Source of the DNA: Clostridia bacterium
Lineage (GTDB): Bacteria; Bacillota; Clostridia; Oscillospirales; CAG-272
Direction: 5' to 3'
Length of the DNA stretch: 64,000 bases
Assembly (NCBI GenBank): GCA_017461745.1
Contig: JAFTXE010000078.1
Coordinates: forward strand, 30,282 to 94,281
The first letter of the stretch is position 1. The number at the start of each line of letters is the position of its first letter. This document shows positions 1 through 9,244 of the stretch, piece by piece. The notes below the pieces were generated by a model. The model searched no databases and was not told the DNA's origin. It saw only the letters and a program-made list of their open reading frames with translations. A program made the position numbers and the translations under genes.

Positions 1-262
1 ATATTTTAACGTCCCCGCTCGCAGAAAGCATAGCTTCGCGAACTGCGCTCCCCTTACCTCTATTAGGCGTATGTCCCAATACTCTTACGTTTGCAAGCTG
101 CAAGCTCTCAACTATGCGCATTGAGTTGTCGCGAGAGCCATCGTCAAAAAATATTATTTCATATTCCTCAAAATTACTGCACATATATTCCGAAAGCGTC
201 TTTGCGCTCTGCGCTATTATTTTGCTTTCGTTATACATAGGAATAATTACTGACGGTTTCAT
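1..262 (-). CDS. Family 2 (GT-A) glycosyltransferase, N-terminal fragment; the rest lies outside the window
   Basis: Minus-strand ATG at 260-262. Translation MKPSVIIPMYNESKIIAQSAKTLSEYM..YEIIFFDDGSRDNS..NRGKGSAVREAM carries the classic GT2 N-terminal motifs. It is absent from the ORF track because it runs off the window edge. Confidence 0.7.
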   Translation of the reverse strand, partial: MKPSVIIPMYNESKIIAQSAKTLSEYMCSNFEEYEIIFFDDGSRDNSMRIVESLQLANVRVLGHTPNRGKGSAVREAMLSASGDVKI

Positions 263-291
263 ATATCTGTCCTTTACTTAAATCATTTTGT

Positions 292-1143
292 TTATTGCTT
301 TTGGTATACCGAAATTATGATATCAACTTCGGTAACAAGCGTATTGAGCGTCTTAAGCTTTTCTCCGTCCGATACCGACGTTCGCCAATAATAAGGTGTC
401 ATTGCAAACAAGCTCATTATATGCTCATTGGAGCAAAGCTCAATACTGTACGTTACTCGGCATTCATCTATCTTTATCAAGCGCTCAGGCAGATCTGCTC
501 TTTCCGTATTAACGTGCGCTGTCTTATATATAGCATCCTTCAAGCCGAAAAGATGTCTTTCGCCTGCATATGCCACGGCAAGAATTCCGTCTTTTTTCAG
601 CACTCTTGAAAACTCGTCTTCAGCGCAAGGCGCAAACACGTTCGTAACGCAATCGACAGAGCCGTCGCTAAGCGGAAGTTCAAAAACACTGCTCGCCGCA
701 AATAATCCGTTATAAAGCTCTTTTCTTGAAAAGCGTTTTGCCGCGGCATCGATAGCAAACTTCGATAGATCCGCACCAAAGACAGAAAATCCTTTTTCCG
801 CCAAAAAGCAAGAATAATAGCCCTCTCCGCAGCCTGCGTCTACAAGCAACCCTTTTTCTTTACTATGGCGCTCACAAAGCTCCGCAAGCTTTTCAGCCAC
901 GGGCTGATAATAACCCAATTCAAGAAATTCCGTTCGCGCTTTTACAGCCTGCTTTGAATCTCCTCCTCCGCTTTGTACAGGTGAGGATAAATTTACGTAT
1001 CCGCTTGACGCAAAATCGTAGCAATGAGTTTTTTTGCCACCGCAAACGAGACTCGCTCCCGTTGATACTTTAACTGTCATAGGTGCTTTACAGATAGGAC
1101 AGCAAAGCGCCTTTATTATGTTTTGGTCTTTTAATATTCTCAT
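292..1143 (-). CDS. rlmA: 23S rRNA (guanine-N1)-methyltransferase RlmA-like (Zn-finger plus class I SAM methyltransferase)
   Basis: N-terminal CPICxxx..C Zn ribbon, then GYVNL, YYQP and the SAM motif VDAGCGEGYY, collinear with E. coli RlmA/RrmA. The start ATG overlaps the kinase stop (ATGA at 1140-1143). Confidence 0.8.
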   Translation of the reverse strand: MRILKDQNIIKALCCPICKAPMTVKVSTGASLVCGGKKTHCYDFASSGYVNLSSPVQSGGGDSKQAVKARTEFLELGYYQPVAEKLAELCERHSKEKGLLVDAGCGEGYYSCFLAEKGFSVFGADLSKFAIDAAAKRFSRKELYNGLFAASSVFELPLSDGSVDCVTNVFAPCAEDEFSRVLKKDGILAVAYAGERHLFGLKDAIYKTAHVNTERADLPERLIKIDECRVTYSIELCSNEHIMSLFAMTPYYWRTSVSDGEKLKTLNTLVTEVDIIISVYQKQ

Positions 1144-2711
1144 ATTTCCCCGTCAAAATTTTTTTCATATTGAGCGTCAATAACGTCAGGCATTGAAGCT
1201 ATCTCCAATTCAAACCAAAAGGTTGCGCCATGTCCATACACGCTTTCAACGCCAAACGCCGCACCGTGAGCCTCAAGAACGCCTTTAACGATAGACAAGC
1301 CAAGTCCCGTACCGATAGTCGCACGCTTATGGACCTTATCAACACGGTAATAGCGCTCCCATATATTAGTCATATCCTCTTTAGCTATTCCCTCTCCCGT
1401 ATCGCTGACGCTTATTCTCACGTGAGTTTTCGTATTCTTTTGCTCGACTCTTACGTATTTATCCGCACCCGTATAGTTAATAGCGTTATTTATGAGGTTA
1501 TATATTACTTGAAGTATCATGCCTCTGTCAGCTACAACAGAAACGTTTTCGTCAACGTCAAAATCTATCTTATATCCGTCCTGCATGATAAGCTTCTCAT
1601 ATCTTTTGAGCGTATCGCTAACGGTATCCGTTATACTGAACTTCTCGAAATTCGGCTTCCTCGTTCCCGACTGTATTTTGGAAAGGTCGAGCATATCGTT
1701 AACGAGCTCTGAAAGACGAGTAGTCTCATCTATTATCACCTGTATGTTTTCGGGAGTGTTCTCCCCTGGAATATCTCGCATAACCTCACTATATCCCTTT
1801 ATCATAGTTAAGGGAGTACGCAGGTCGTGTGAAACGTTTGAAATAAGCTCCTTTTGCAAATTATCGGTCTTTGCAAGCTCATGTGACGCATAATTCAGCG
1901 TCATAGCAAGCTCATCTATTTCTCTATATCCCTGTCCCGTAAAATCCGCGCTATAGTCACCGCGTGCGAGCTTTTTAGCGGCTTCATTCATTTTCACAAA
2001 CGGCTTGGTTATAAACTTTGATATTATTATAGCAAGAAGCAATGCCATAAATATCATTCCCATTCCGACGAACGCAAATTGATATTTCAAGGTAGATACA
2101 GTAGCCCTCAACGGTGTAATGGTAGAATGTTGGACTATCATATAACGTCTGCCGTTAACTTCAACCAGCTTAACGTAAATTGCGGAAATCGTATCTTTAT
2201 ACTTTGTTATTTCGGGAAAGACGGAGCTGTTTCCACTGTTATCCTCAAGAACCTCGATGGAAACGCCGTTGACAAAATCATCGGCACGCACCGTGGCAAT
2301 GTATATTCCACCGTTGTCTACCGCTTGCGAATAAAGCGCTTCAAGCTTTTGAGAAAGGAACGGCAAAAACGTATTTCCCGAGCCATCGGCTTTTATCAAC
2401 CAATTCGCTCTTTCTCCCGCTATTTCAAGTATCCAGATATCAAGATAATAATCCTCAGCATAATACAATGCTCTGTTTTTTGCCTCAACCTCATCTTCAA
2501 GCGCGCCTGCTATGACCTCCGCGGATTCCTCAAGCTCATAGAACTTTGCGTTCTGGTAGAAGAAATTCAGCATTTGGAGCTGAACTATCCACGTACTAAA
2601 AAGAACGCAACCGAGGAATATAACGAGAATAACGAATATCTTTCCCTTTACGCCTATTCTATGTTTTTTTACACGGTTTTTAGCAAGGTTAGTTTCATTC
2701 ACTGAGATCAT
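1140..2711 (-). CDS. Sensor histidine kinase (2 TM, extracytoplasmic domain, HAMP, HisKA, HATPase_c)
   Basis: H-box SHDLRTPL, N-box NLINNAINYT, G-boxes DTGEGI and GTGLGLSI, with two hydrophobic segments flanking a ~170-aa loop. Confidence 0.9.
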   Translation of the reverse strand: MISVNETNLAKNRVKKHRIGVKGKIFVILVIFLGCVLFSTWIVQLQMLNFFYQNAKFYELEESAEVIAGALEDEVEAKNRALYYAEDYYLDIWILEIAGERANWLIKADGSGNTFLPFLSQKLEALYSQAVDNGGIYIATVRADDFVNGVSIEVLEDNSGNSSVFPEITKYKDTISAIYVKLVEVNGRRYMIVQHSTITPLRATVSTLKYQFAFVGMGMIFMALLLAIIISKFITKPFVKMNEAAKKLARGDYSADFTGQGYREIDELAMTLNYASHELAKTDNLQKELISNVSHDLRTPLTMIKGYSEVMRDIPGENTPENIQVIIDETTRLSELVNDMLDLSKIQSGTRKPNFEKFSITDTVSDTLKRYEKLIMQDGYKIDFDVDENVSVVADRGMILQVIYNLINNAINYTGADKYVRVEQKNTKTHVRISVSDTGEGIAKEDMTNIWERYYRVDKVHKRATIGTGLGLSIVKGVLEAHGAAFGVESVYGHGATFWFELEIASMPDVIDAQYEKNFDGEI

Positions 2712-2717
2712 CTCAAA

Positions 2718-3407
2718 TTATCCTTCAAATCTGTATCCCACTCCTCTTAGAGTTACTATCATTCTCGCATATCTGCCCAAGCTCTTACGCAATAGCTTAA
2801 TATGCGTATCAAGCGTTCTGACGTCTCCAAAGAAATCATATCCCCACACGTCGCTGATAAGCTTTTCCCTTGACAACGCTATATTTCTGTTTTCAAGCAT
2901 ATAAAAGAACAGATCGTATTCCTTGGGAGACATATCTATGCGAACGTCATCGATATATACTATTCGCGCCGTCACGTCAGCACGCAAGCCCCCGCCGTCG
3001 AGGCTAACGACAACGTTTTGCTTTTTTTCGTTATCAACGCCATTACTCTTGGTTCTCTTCATAACGGCTTCAATTCTGAGCATAAGCTCCTTGGGCGAAA
3101 AGGGCTTTACAACGTAATCGTCTATACCAAGCTCAAATCCGTTTATCTTATCGTATTCCTCACCTCTTGCCGAGAGCATTATGATCGGAATATTTGAATG
3201 CTTTCTTATCTCTCTGCAAGCTGAAAAGCCGTCAAGCTCGGGCATCATTATATCCATGATAACTATATCGTATTCATTTGCTCTGACAAGTCTTACGGCT
3301 TCCATTCCGTCTGCGGCTTCGGTAACGGTGTATCCTTCAAATTCCGCATATTTTTTTATTATTGAACGAATTCTTACTTCATCGTCAACAACGAGTATAT
3401 GATACAT
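2718..3407 (-). CDS. OmpR/PhoB-family response regulator
   Basis: Receiver domain (VVDDE..D..MPELDG..K) plus a winged-helix C-terminus (LTxKEYDLFFYM..TLDTHIKLLRKSL..RGVGYRF). GGAGG RBS. Confidence 0.92.
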   Translation of the reverse strand: MYHILVVDDEVRIRSIIKKYAEFEGYTVTEAADGMEAVRLVRANEYDIVIMDIMMPELDGFSACREIRKHSNIPIIMLSARGEEYDKINGFELGIDDYVVKPFSPKELMLRIEAVMKRTKSNGVDNEKKQNVVVSLDGGGLRADVTARIVYIDDVRIDMSPKEYDLFFYMLENRNIALSREKLISDVWGYDFFGDVRTLDTHIKLLRKSLGRYARMIVTLRGVGYRFEG

Positions 3408-3425
3408 TCTGACTCCTCCAATGCT

Positions 3426-4937
3426 TTAATATTTAGATGTGTTTTCTTGAGCCTTAACATTTATATCGACAAAACTTCCGTCTCTCGCAACACAAACCGT
3501 AACCTGTTCTCCAACTGAAAGCTTTTTGAGCGCGGCATTGTAGTCGCTCATAGTCTCAATTGAAGTATCGTTTATCTTTATTATTCTATCCAAATATTCA
3601 AAATTTGATTTTCCTGCATTAGTAACATACACTCCATATACTTCTTTTTTTCCCTCTTTAATAGATCCGTATTGAACTGTCACACCAAAGGTAATTCTAC
3701 CTCTTACGTAGCCGTATTCAAGTATATCCTGTATATCCTTGTAAACAACGTCCGAGGGAATGGCAAAGCCCAAGCCCTCAATTCCCGTGCTTGATTGCTT
3801 TGCGTTGACTATTCCCACAAGCTCGCCCGCCATATTGAACAAACCACCGCCCGAGTTACCGGGGTTTATAGCCGCATTGGTCTGTAGCAGGGTCATCGTA
3901 TTGTCACCTATGATTATTTCTCTGTCGAGCGCGCTTATAATACCGTCCGTTACAGTACCGCCAAGCTGACCGAGGGGATTGCCTATCGCAACCACCTGTT
4001 CTCCGACAAGCAGCTTATCACTCTGAGCAAAAACCAAATCCTCAAAGCTATGCTCAACGTATTTAATTCCTATTACTGCGATATCCTCCGCGGAATCTCC
4101 CGCTATATATTCAGCGACGTAATCGCTATATGAATCTCCGTCTTTTATTCTTACGCTTATCTCATCAGCGCCGTCAATAACGTGATAATTGGTTACAATA
4201 TAGGTATATCCCTTATCGTTCTGATCAAAAACCACTCCGCTTCCCGCTCCGCTGGTTATATACTGACCGTAAAACGTATTCGTTTCAACATGGGTCGTGG
4301 TTATTTCCACAACGTTTCCGCCAATATATGCGGCAACCTGAGCGACGGTCATATCAGAATATCCCGTTTCTCCCAGCACCTCTTCTACGGTTATTTCTCT
4401 GTTACTGCGAATTATCTTGACAAGCTCGTCATCGCCGTTTCCCGAAAGGTCCAAGATAATACCGCCACCCGCTATTGCTCCCGCAATAGCTCCGAGAGTA
4501 ACGGACAGCGCCACACAGATAGCGCATATAGCCACAAGAGCACCTGCACCGTATTGCTTCTTTTTAGCTTTCTTCTTCTTTGCGTCGGAAGATGACGCCG
4601 CATCCGTATTATTTACCACTGTAAAATTAGGAATATAATGCGGCGGAGTATAGTCGGTGGAGTATTTACTCTCGCCGCTTATATTTTCGTCTTTATCGTC
4701 TTTTTCAGTTGAGAGTTCTTCTTCTCTATCGTTTTGACCTTCCCCTGAAGCTTCTTTGATTTCTTCTTCAGCACCTTCGCCTTGGAACGCATCTGCTTGT
4801 GCTTCTTGTGAAGGGATTTTTTCACCTTTTTCTTCGCTGCCTTGGATGTCTTTATCATTTTTATTATCATTATTTAACGTCACTTCCTCACTGTCAGAAT
4901 TTATATTTTTATTATTTTCATAATTATTTTCGTTCAT
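3426..4937 (-). CDS. htrA: HtrA/DegP-type S1C serine protease with PDZ domain, one TM segment and a long acidic N-terminal low-complexity region
   Basis: Catalytic motifs TNYHVI, DIAV and GNSGGGLF, with a C-terminal PDZ-like region. I prefer the ATG at 4937 (GGAGG 5 nt upstream) over the track's TTG at 4949, which overlaps the RBS. Confidence 0.85.
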   Translation of the reverse strand: MNENNYENNKNINSDSEEVTLNNDNKNDKDIQGSEEKGEKIPSQEAQADAFQGEGAEEEIKEASGEGQNDREEELSTEKDDKDENISGESKYSTDYTPPHYIPNFTVVNNTDAASSSDAKKKKAKKKQYGAGALVAICAICVALSVTLGAIAGAIAGGGIILDLSGNGDDELVKIIRSNREITVEEVLGETGYSDMTVAQVAAYIGGNVVEITTTHVETNTFYGQYITSGAGSGVVFDQNDKGYTYIVTNYHVIDGADEISVRIKDGDSYSDYVAEYIAGDSAEDIAVIGIKYVEHSFEDLVFAQSDKLLVGEQVVAIGNPLGQLGGTVTDGIISALDREIIIGDNTMTLLQTNAAINPGNSGGGLFNMAGELVGIVNAKQSSTGIEGLGFAIPSDVVYKDIQDILEYGYVRGRITFGVTVQYGSIKEGKKEVYGVYVTNAGKSNFEYLDRIIKINDTSIETMSDYNAALKKLSVGEQVTVCVARDGSFVDINVKAQENTSKY

Positions 4938-5128
4938 GAAAACCTCCAATTAAAAATAAGTAAAAAACCACTACTAACATTATAAAATGATAATGTGACA
5001 GTTTTTTGAAGAATTTTGTAATACTTATTGAATTAAAATAAAATTATCTTACATTAGCATATAAAAACGCTATTTTTCCTTGTTTTTACGAATATTTTAT
5101 GATAAAATATTATTGAGGAGGTGTAGTT

Positions 5129-5911
5129 ATGTCAAACAGTAAACGTAAAACCGTGCAATTCTCCGAAGCTGACGCAAAACGGCAGATAAGAAAGCTCACG
5201 GTCGAAAACAGAAGATTAAATCGAGAGATAGACAGTCTGAAAAACGAGCTTGACGAGCTTCACGGAAAAAGTGGAAAACGTTCAAGACAAAATAAATATC
5301 AAGTAGCGCTCAAGCAGCATTCCGATATTGAAGAAATGTTTTCCAAGAAAAATTATCCTTCCTTTATTTTTTCTCACTTGAAGCATACTTCTATATTTCA
5401 AATATACAGGCGTATTATAAACGTAATAAGACGCTATACTTTTATTACCACTTCGCTGAAAATAGTTTCTATTCTATTCGTTTTCGTTGAAACCGCCGCT
5501 CTTTTCGTTTTGTCTACCTCGGCTTTTATCGCTTCACTTTTGCTGACTATTATAGCATCTCACGTTTTGACGGCGCTTACTTTTTTCACCCGAAAGAAGC
5601 ATAACAAAAGGAATTACGAATTAATGTCTCAAAAAAACGTTACGATATTTTTCCCTACGAAATCAAGAGCCTTTGAAGCCGAATCGTTTTTTTCAAGCTT
5701 TGTTTACGGTGAAGCTGAAAAGGAAAATCACATCGTAATTATAGTTTCTCCGTATATGTTCAAATCAATCGGACTTAATCAAAGCAAAAAAGCTTATTAT
5801 ATCTCTCGTATGGACGGAGAAAACATTATGCTTGTACGAAGAAACTATTATTTCACTCTCAAAAAGAACTGCATTGACGCCGTAGCAAGCTCTGTTACGG
5901 AAGTATACTGA
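5129..5911 (+). CDS. Hypothetical membrane protein (N-terminal coiled coil, 2-3 TM segments, C-terminal soluble domain)
   Basis: ORF with a GAGGAGG RBS. Heptad-like basic N-terminus, then hydrophobic stretch IVSILFVFVETAALFVLSTSAFIASLLLTIIASHVLTALTFF. No family recognised. Confidence 0.55.
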   Translation: MSNSKRKTVQFSEADAKRQIRKLTVENRRLNREIDSLKNELDELHGKSGKRSRQNKYQVALKQHSDIEEMFSKKNYPSFIFSHLKHTSIFQIYRRIINVIRRYTFITTSLKIVSILFVFVETAALFVLSTSAFIASLLLTIIASHVLTALTFFTRKKHNKRNYELMSQKNVTIFFPTKSRAFEAESFFSSFVYGEAEKENHIVIIVSPYMFKSIGLNQSKKAYYISRMDGENIMLVRRNYYFTLKKNCIDAVASSVTEVY

Positions 5912-5931
5912 AGCTTTTGGAAAGGACTCCC

Positions 5932-8900
5932 ATGATAAATTTTATTTTCGGAAATTCGGGAACGGGAAAGACTACCCACGTCTTAAATATGCTGAGACAG
6001 GATGCAGAGGTCGGTATTCCGTCAATTCTTATCGTTCCCGAACAGCAAGCTGTCCAAGCTGAAAGACTTACCTTGGAAAAATTACCTCCCTCCGCTCAGC
6101 TTACCTTGGAGGTATTGAATTTTTCCCGTCTTTATAACAGAGTATGCCGTGAATACGGCGGACTTTGCTATTCTTATATAACGACACCATTGAAGCATCT
6201 CATGATGTGGAAAACACTTCGTGAGTTATCTCCGCTGTTAAACGAATATTCCTCAAACGCTAAGAATGACGGTGCTTTTGCATCAACCGCACTCAGCACC
6301 GTAACGGAAATGAAGTATGCGTCCGTAACTCCCGATATGCTTGAGGAAGCGGCTGACAGATGCGCTGATAACGAATCGCTCTCAAAGAGACTTAAGGACA
6401 TCGCTCTTATATACGGAGCGTACGACCTTGCGGTAAACGAGCAATACAGCGATTCGGCAGACGATCTCTCAAAGCTTTGCGATATACTTGACGAGCACGA
6501 TTTCTTCAAGGGCAAAAACGTATATATTGATTCTTTCGTATCATTTACCGCAATTGAACACAGAGTTATCGAAAAGATTTTCAAAGGCGCGGAAAACGTC
6601 TGCGTTACCGTTCCGCTTTCCACAAAAAGCTACAGCGACGTAAGCACGGCAGGTGTGGAAAGGTCTGTCAAAGCCTTGATAAAATCCGCAAACAAATGGG
6701 GCGGATATACTGACACGGTTTTAAATTTTGACAAAAGTGACGTTCATCCTTCTCTGCGATATCTTTCAGAGAATATATGGAATCTCTCCAAATCCCCCGT
6801 TTCCTCCGAGCTACCGTCCGCTGACGGACACATCGTCATGGAAATATGCGATAATTCGTATTCAGAGGCAGAAGCAACCGCATCTCACATACTTGAATTA
6901 CTTCGAAAAGGCGAGCGTTGCCGTGACATCGTAATAATCATGCGAGACGCGGAAAAATACAGGGGTATAATCGACCCTGCGCTCGAAAAAGCGGGCATTC
7001 CCTTCTTTTTCTCTGAAAAGACGGATATATGTGCCCTTGCTCCTATAAAATACATTCTCACTGCAATAAGAATTCGTCAATACAATTGGCGTAAAAACGA
7101 CGTTATTGCTCACATAAAAACGGGGCTTTGCGATTTTTCGCCAAGAAGCGCCGACTTGTTTGAGGAATACATAAACACGTGGAATATCTCAGGCGCACGC
7201 TTTACGGGTGATGCATGGACCATGAATCCCGACGGATTTACGGACAGAATAAGCGACCGCGGCAAAGTAATTCTCAGTACCGCCAACTCTATAAAGCAAC
7301 GGCTATGCGCTCCTCTTGAGGAGCTTTTCGTCATGCTTGATTCAGCAGAAAGCGTAGCTGATATGTGCCGCGCTATATACGTATACGTCGAGAAAGCAGC
7401 TCTAAGGGAAAAAACATTGGAGCTTGCTAAAAAGGAGCTTGATTTCGGCAATAAAAAAGCCGCTTCGGAGCTTGCTTCGTCATACGATATAATATTAAAA
7501 ACCCTTGCCGATATTGGAACGGCACTTAACGACGTTGCGGCTTCTATAGACGATTTTTATGCCATATTAAAAACGGTGTTTGAACAAACCGATATAGGAA
7601 CTATTCCTACGTCGATTGACGAGGTAACTATTGGCTCTGCCTCCAAGCTTCGTTCTTCAAATCCAAAATACGTATTTATCCTTGGAATGTGCGAGGGTGA
7701 ATTTCCCGCAAACGTTGATGACAACGGGCTTTTGAACGATAACGACAGAGCGATACTTTCGGATATGGACATTGAGCTTGGCGCTGACGGAAGCACTCGC
7801 TCCTCGGACGAGCTATTATACGTTAAGAATGCTTTTGCCGCGCCCACCGAAAGACTTTATCTTATGACCTCAGTAGCTGACCTTAAGGGCTCGCTCAGGA
7901 CGCCGTCACTTCCCTTCAGGCGCGTTGAAAAAATGTTCTCAGACGTAAAGCCGCACCGTTTTTGCGGCAACGACCTTTCATATCTCTGCGGCTCTGCTCA
8001 AAGCGCTGCCGCTCACCTCAGAAATATTGATGACGAAACTGAGCGCAAAGCCGCAACGCTTGCCGTTGCGGAGCATTTACCGCTTGTAACAAAGCTTTCG
8101 GACAAGCCCGTAAATCAAGCGGAATGTAAAATAGACCCACAGATTGTTAAGGATATCGTCGGAGATAAAATTTACATATCTCCGTCGAGCCTTGAAAAAT
8201 ACGTAAAATGTCCTTTTAATTATTACGCTTCATATATGCTCTCACTCAGAGAAACCGTAAAAGGAAGCTTTAAATCGACGGATTTCGGTAATTTCGTCCA
8301 CTACGTAATGGAAAACATCATCAGCTTTTCGATTCCTTCAAACGAGGACGAAGCTATTCCCACTAAGGAACAAATAAACGAGGAAATACTGCGTATAGTT
8401 GCGAAATACATAAGAACCATTGCTCCGGACAACGCGTTAAAGACCAAGCGAATGGAGCATCTTTATAAAAAGCTTTGCAGGCTTTCCATGCTGATAGTAG
8501 ACAACTTAGTAAGCGAATTTTCCGATTCAGATTTTCGTCCCGCATTTTTTGAATTAAGGATAAACGGCGAGGACGGCAATCCCGCTCCCTTGGAAATACC
8601 GCTATCTAACGGCGCGAAAATTCTTCTTAAAGGCTTTATCGACCGTGTGGACTTATGGAAAGACGGAGAAAAAATCTACGTCCGTATAGTCGATTATAAG
8701 ACGGGAAGCAAGCAATTTGAGCTTTCCGATCTTGATTACGGACTAAACACACAGATGCTTCTCTATTTGTTTACCGTCTGCTCAAATCCAGGAACAAAAT
8801 TTAGAACGAGCGCAGGACTTGACGGAGACAGTCTGCCCGTACCTGCGGGAGTAGTATATCTGTCCTCCGCCATTCCAAAAGAAAAGCTCGACGATTTCAG

Positions 8901-9234
8901 CGTATCCGAGGAGGACGTTCTTCTGAACGCTGAGCAAAAATTTTCAAGAAGCGGTATAATACTCGACGACGAAAATATTATTAACGCCATAAGTCACTCG
9001 GGGTCGCGTGAATTACTAATGGGAATCTCTCAAAAAGATGGTAAATATACGGGAAAGGCCCTTGTTTCAAGCGAAAAATTTGATGAACTTTACGCTCAGA
9101 TTAAAGATACTCTCACCGATATCGGAGAGCGAATCTACAAGGGTATTGCCGACAGCAAGCCTATCGATAACGCAAGCTACGATCCTTGCAAATACTGCGC
9201 GGTAAAGCCGATGTGCAGAAGGAACGATTTTTAA
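5932..9234 (+). CDS. addB: ATP-dependent helicase/deoxyribonuclease subunit B (AddB/RexB)
   Basis: Walker A GNSGTGKT at the N-terminus. The C-terminal nuclease/Fe-S region has CPFNYY ... D-YKTG ... CKYCAVKPMC. It lies immediately upstream of addA. ATG at 5932 is preferred to the track's TTG at 5917. Confidence 0.9.
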   Translation: MINFIFGNSGTGKTTHVLNMLRQDAEVGIPSILIVPEQQAVQAERLTLEKLPPSAQLTLEVLNFSRLYNRVCREYGGLCYSYITTPLKHLMMWKTLRELSPLLNEYSSNAKNDGAFASTALSTVTEMKYASVTPDMLEEAADRCADNESLSKRLKDIALIYGAYDLAVNEQYSDSADDLSKLCDILDEHDFFKGKNVYIDSFVSFTAIEHRVIEKIFKGAENVCVTVPLSTKSYSDVSTAGVERSVKALIKSANKWGGYTDTVLNFDKSDVHPSLRYLSENIWNLSKSPVSSELPSADGHIVMEICDNSYSEAEATASHILELLRKGERCRDIVIIMRDAEKYRGIIDPALEKAGIPFFFSEKTDICALAPIKYILTAIRIRQYNWRKNDVIAHIKTGLCDFSPRSADLFEEYINTWNISGARFTGDAWTMNPDGFTDRISDRGKVILSTANSIKQRLCAPLEELFVMLDSAESVADMCRAIYVYVEKAALREKTLELAKKELDFGNKKAASELASSYDIILKTLADIGTALNDVAASIDDFYAILKTVFEQTDIGTIPTSIDEVTIGSASKLRSSNPKYVFILGMCEGEFPANVDDNGLLNDNDRAILSDMDIELGADGSTRSSDELLYVKNAFAAPTERLYLMTSVADLKGSLRTPSLPFRRVEKMFSDVKPHRFCGNDLSYLCGSAQSAAAHLRNIDDETERKAATLAVAEHLPLVTKLSDKPVNQAECKIDPQIVKDIVGDKIYISPSSLEKYVKCPFNYYASYMLSLRETVKGSFKSTDFGNFVHYVMENIISFSIPSNEDEAIPTKEQINEEILRIVAKYIRTIAPDNALKTKRMEHLYKKLCRLSMLIVDNLVSEFSDSDFRPAFFELRINGEDGNPAPLEIPLSNGAKILLKGFIDRVDLWKDGEKIYVRIVDYKTGSKQFELSDLDYGLNTQMLLYLFTVCSNPGTKFRTSAGLDGDSLPVPAGVVYLSSAIPKEKLDDFSVSEEDVLLNAEQKFSRSGIILDDENIINAISHSGSRELLMGISQKDGKYTGKALVSSEKFDELYAQIKDTLTDIGERIYKGIADSKPIDNASYDPCKYCAVKPMCRRNDF

Positions 9235-9244
9235 GGAGGAAGGC

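Noticed and set aside
4679-4870. 63-aa Lys-rich ORF on the minus strand
   Set aside because: It is an alternative frame of the GAA/GAT-rich acidic low-complexity region of htrA, so it is a compositional artefact.
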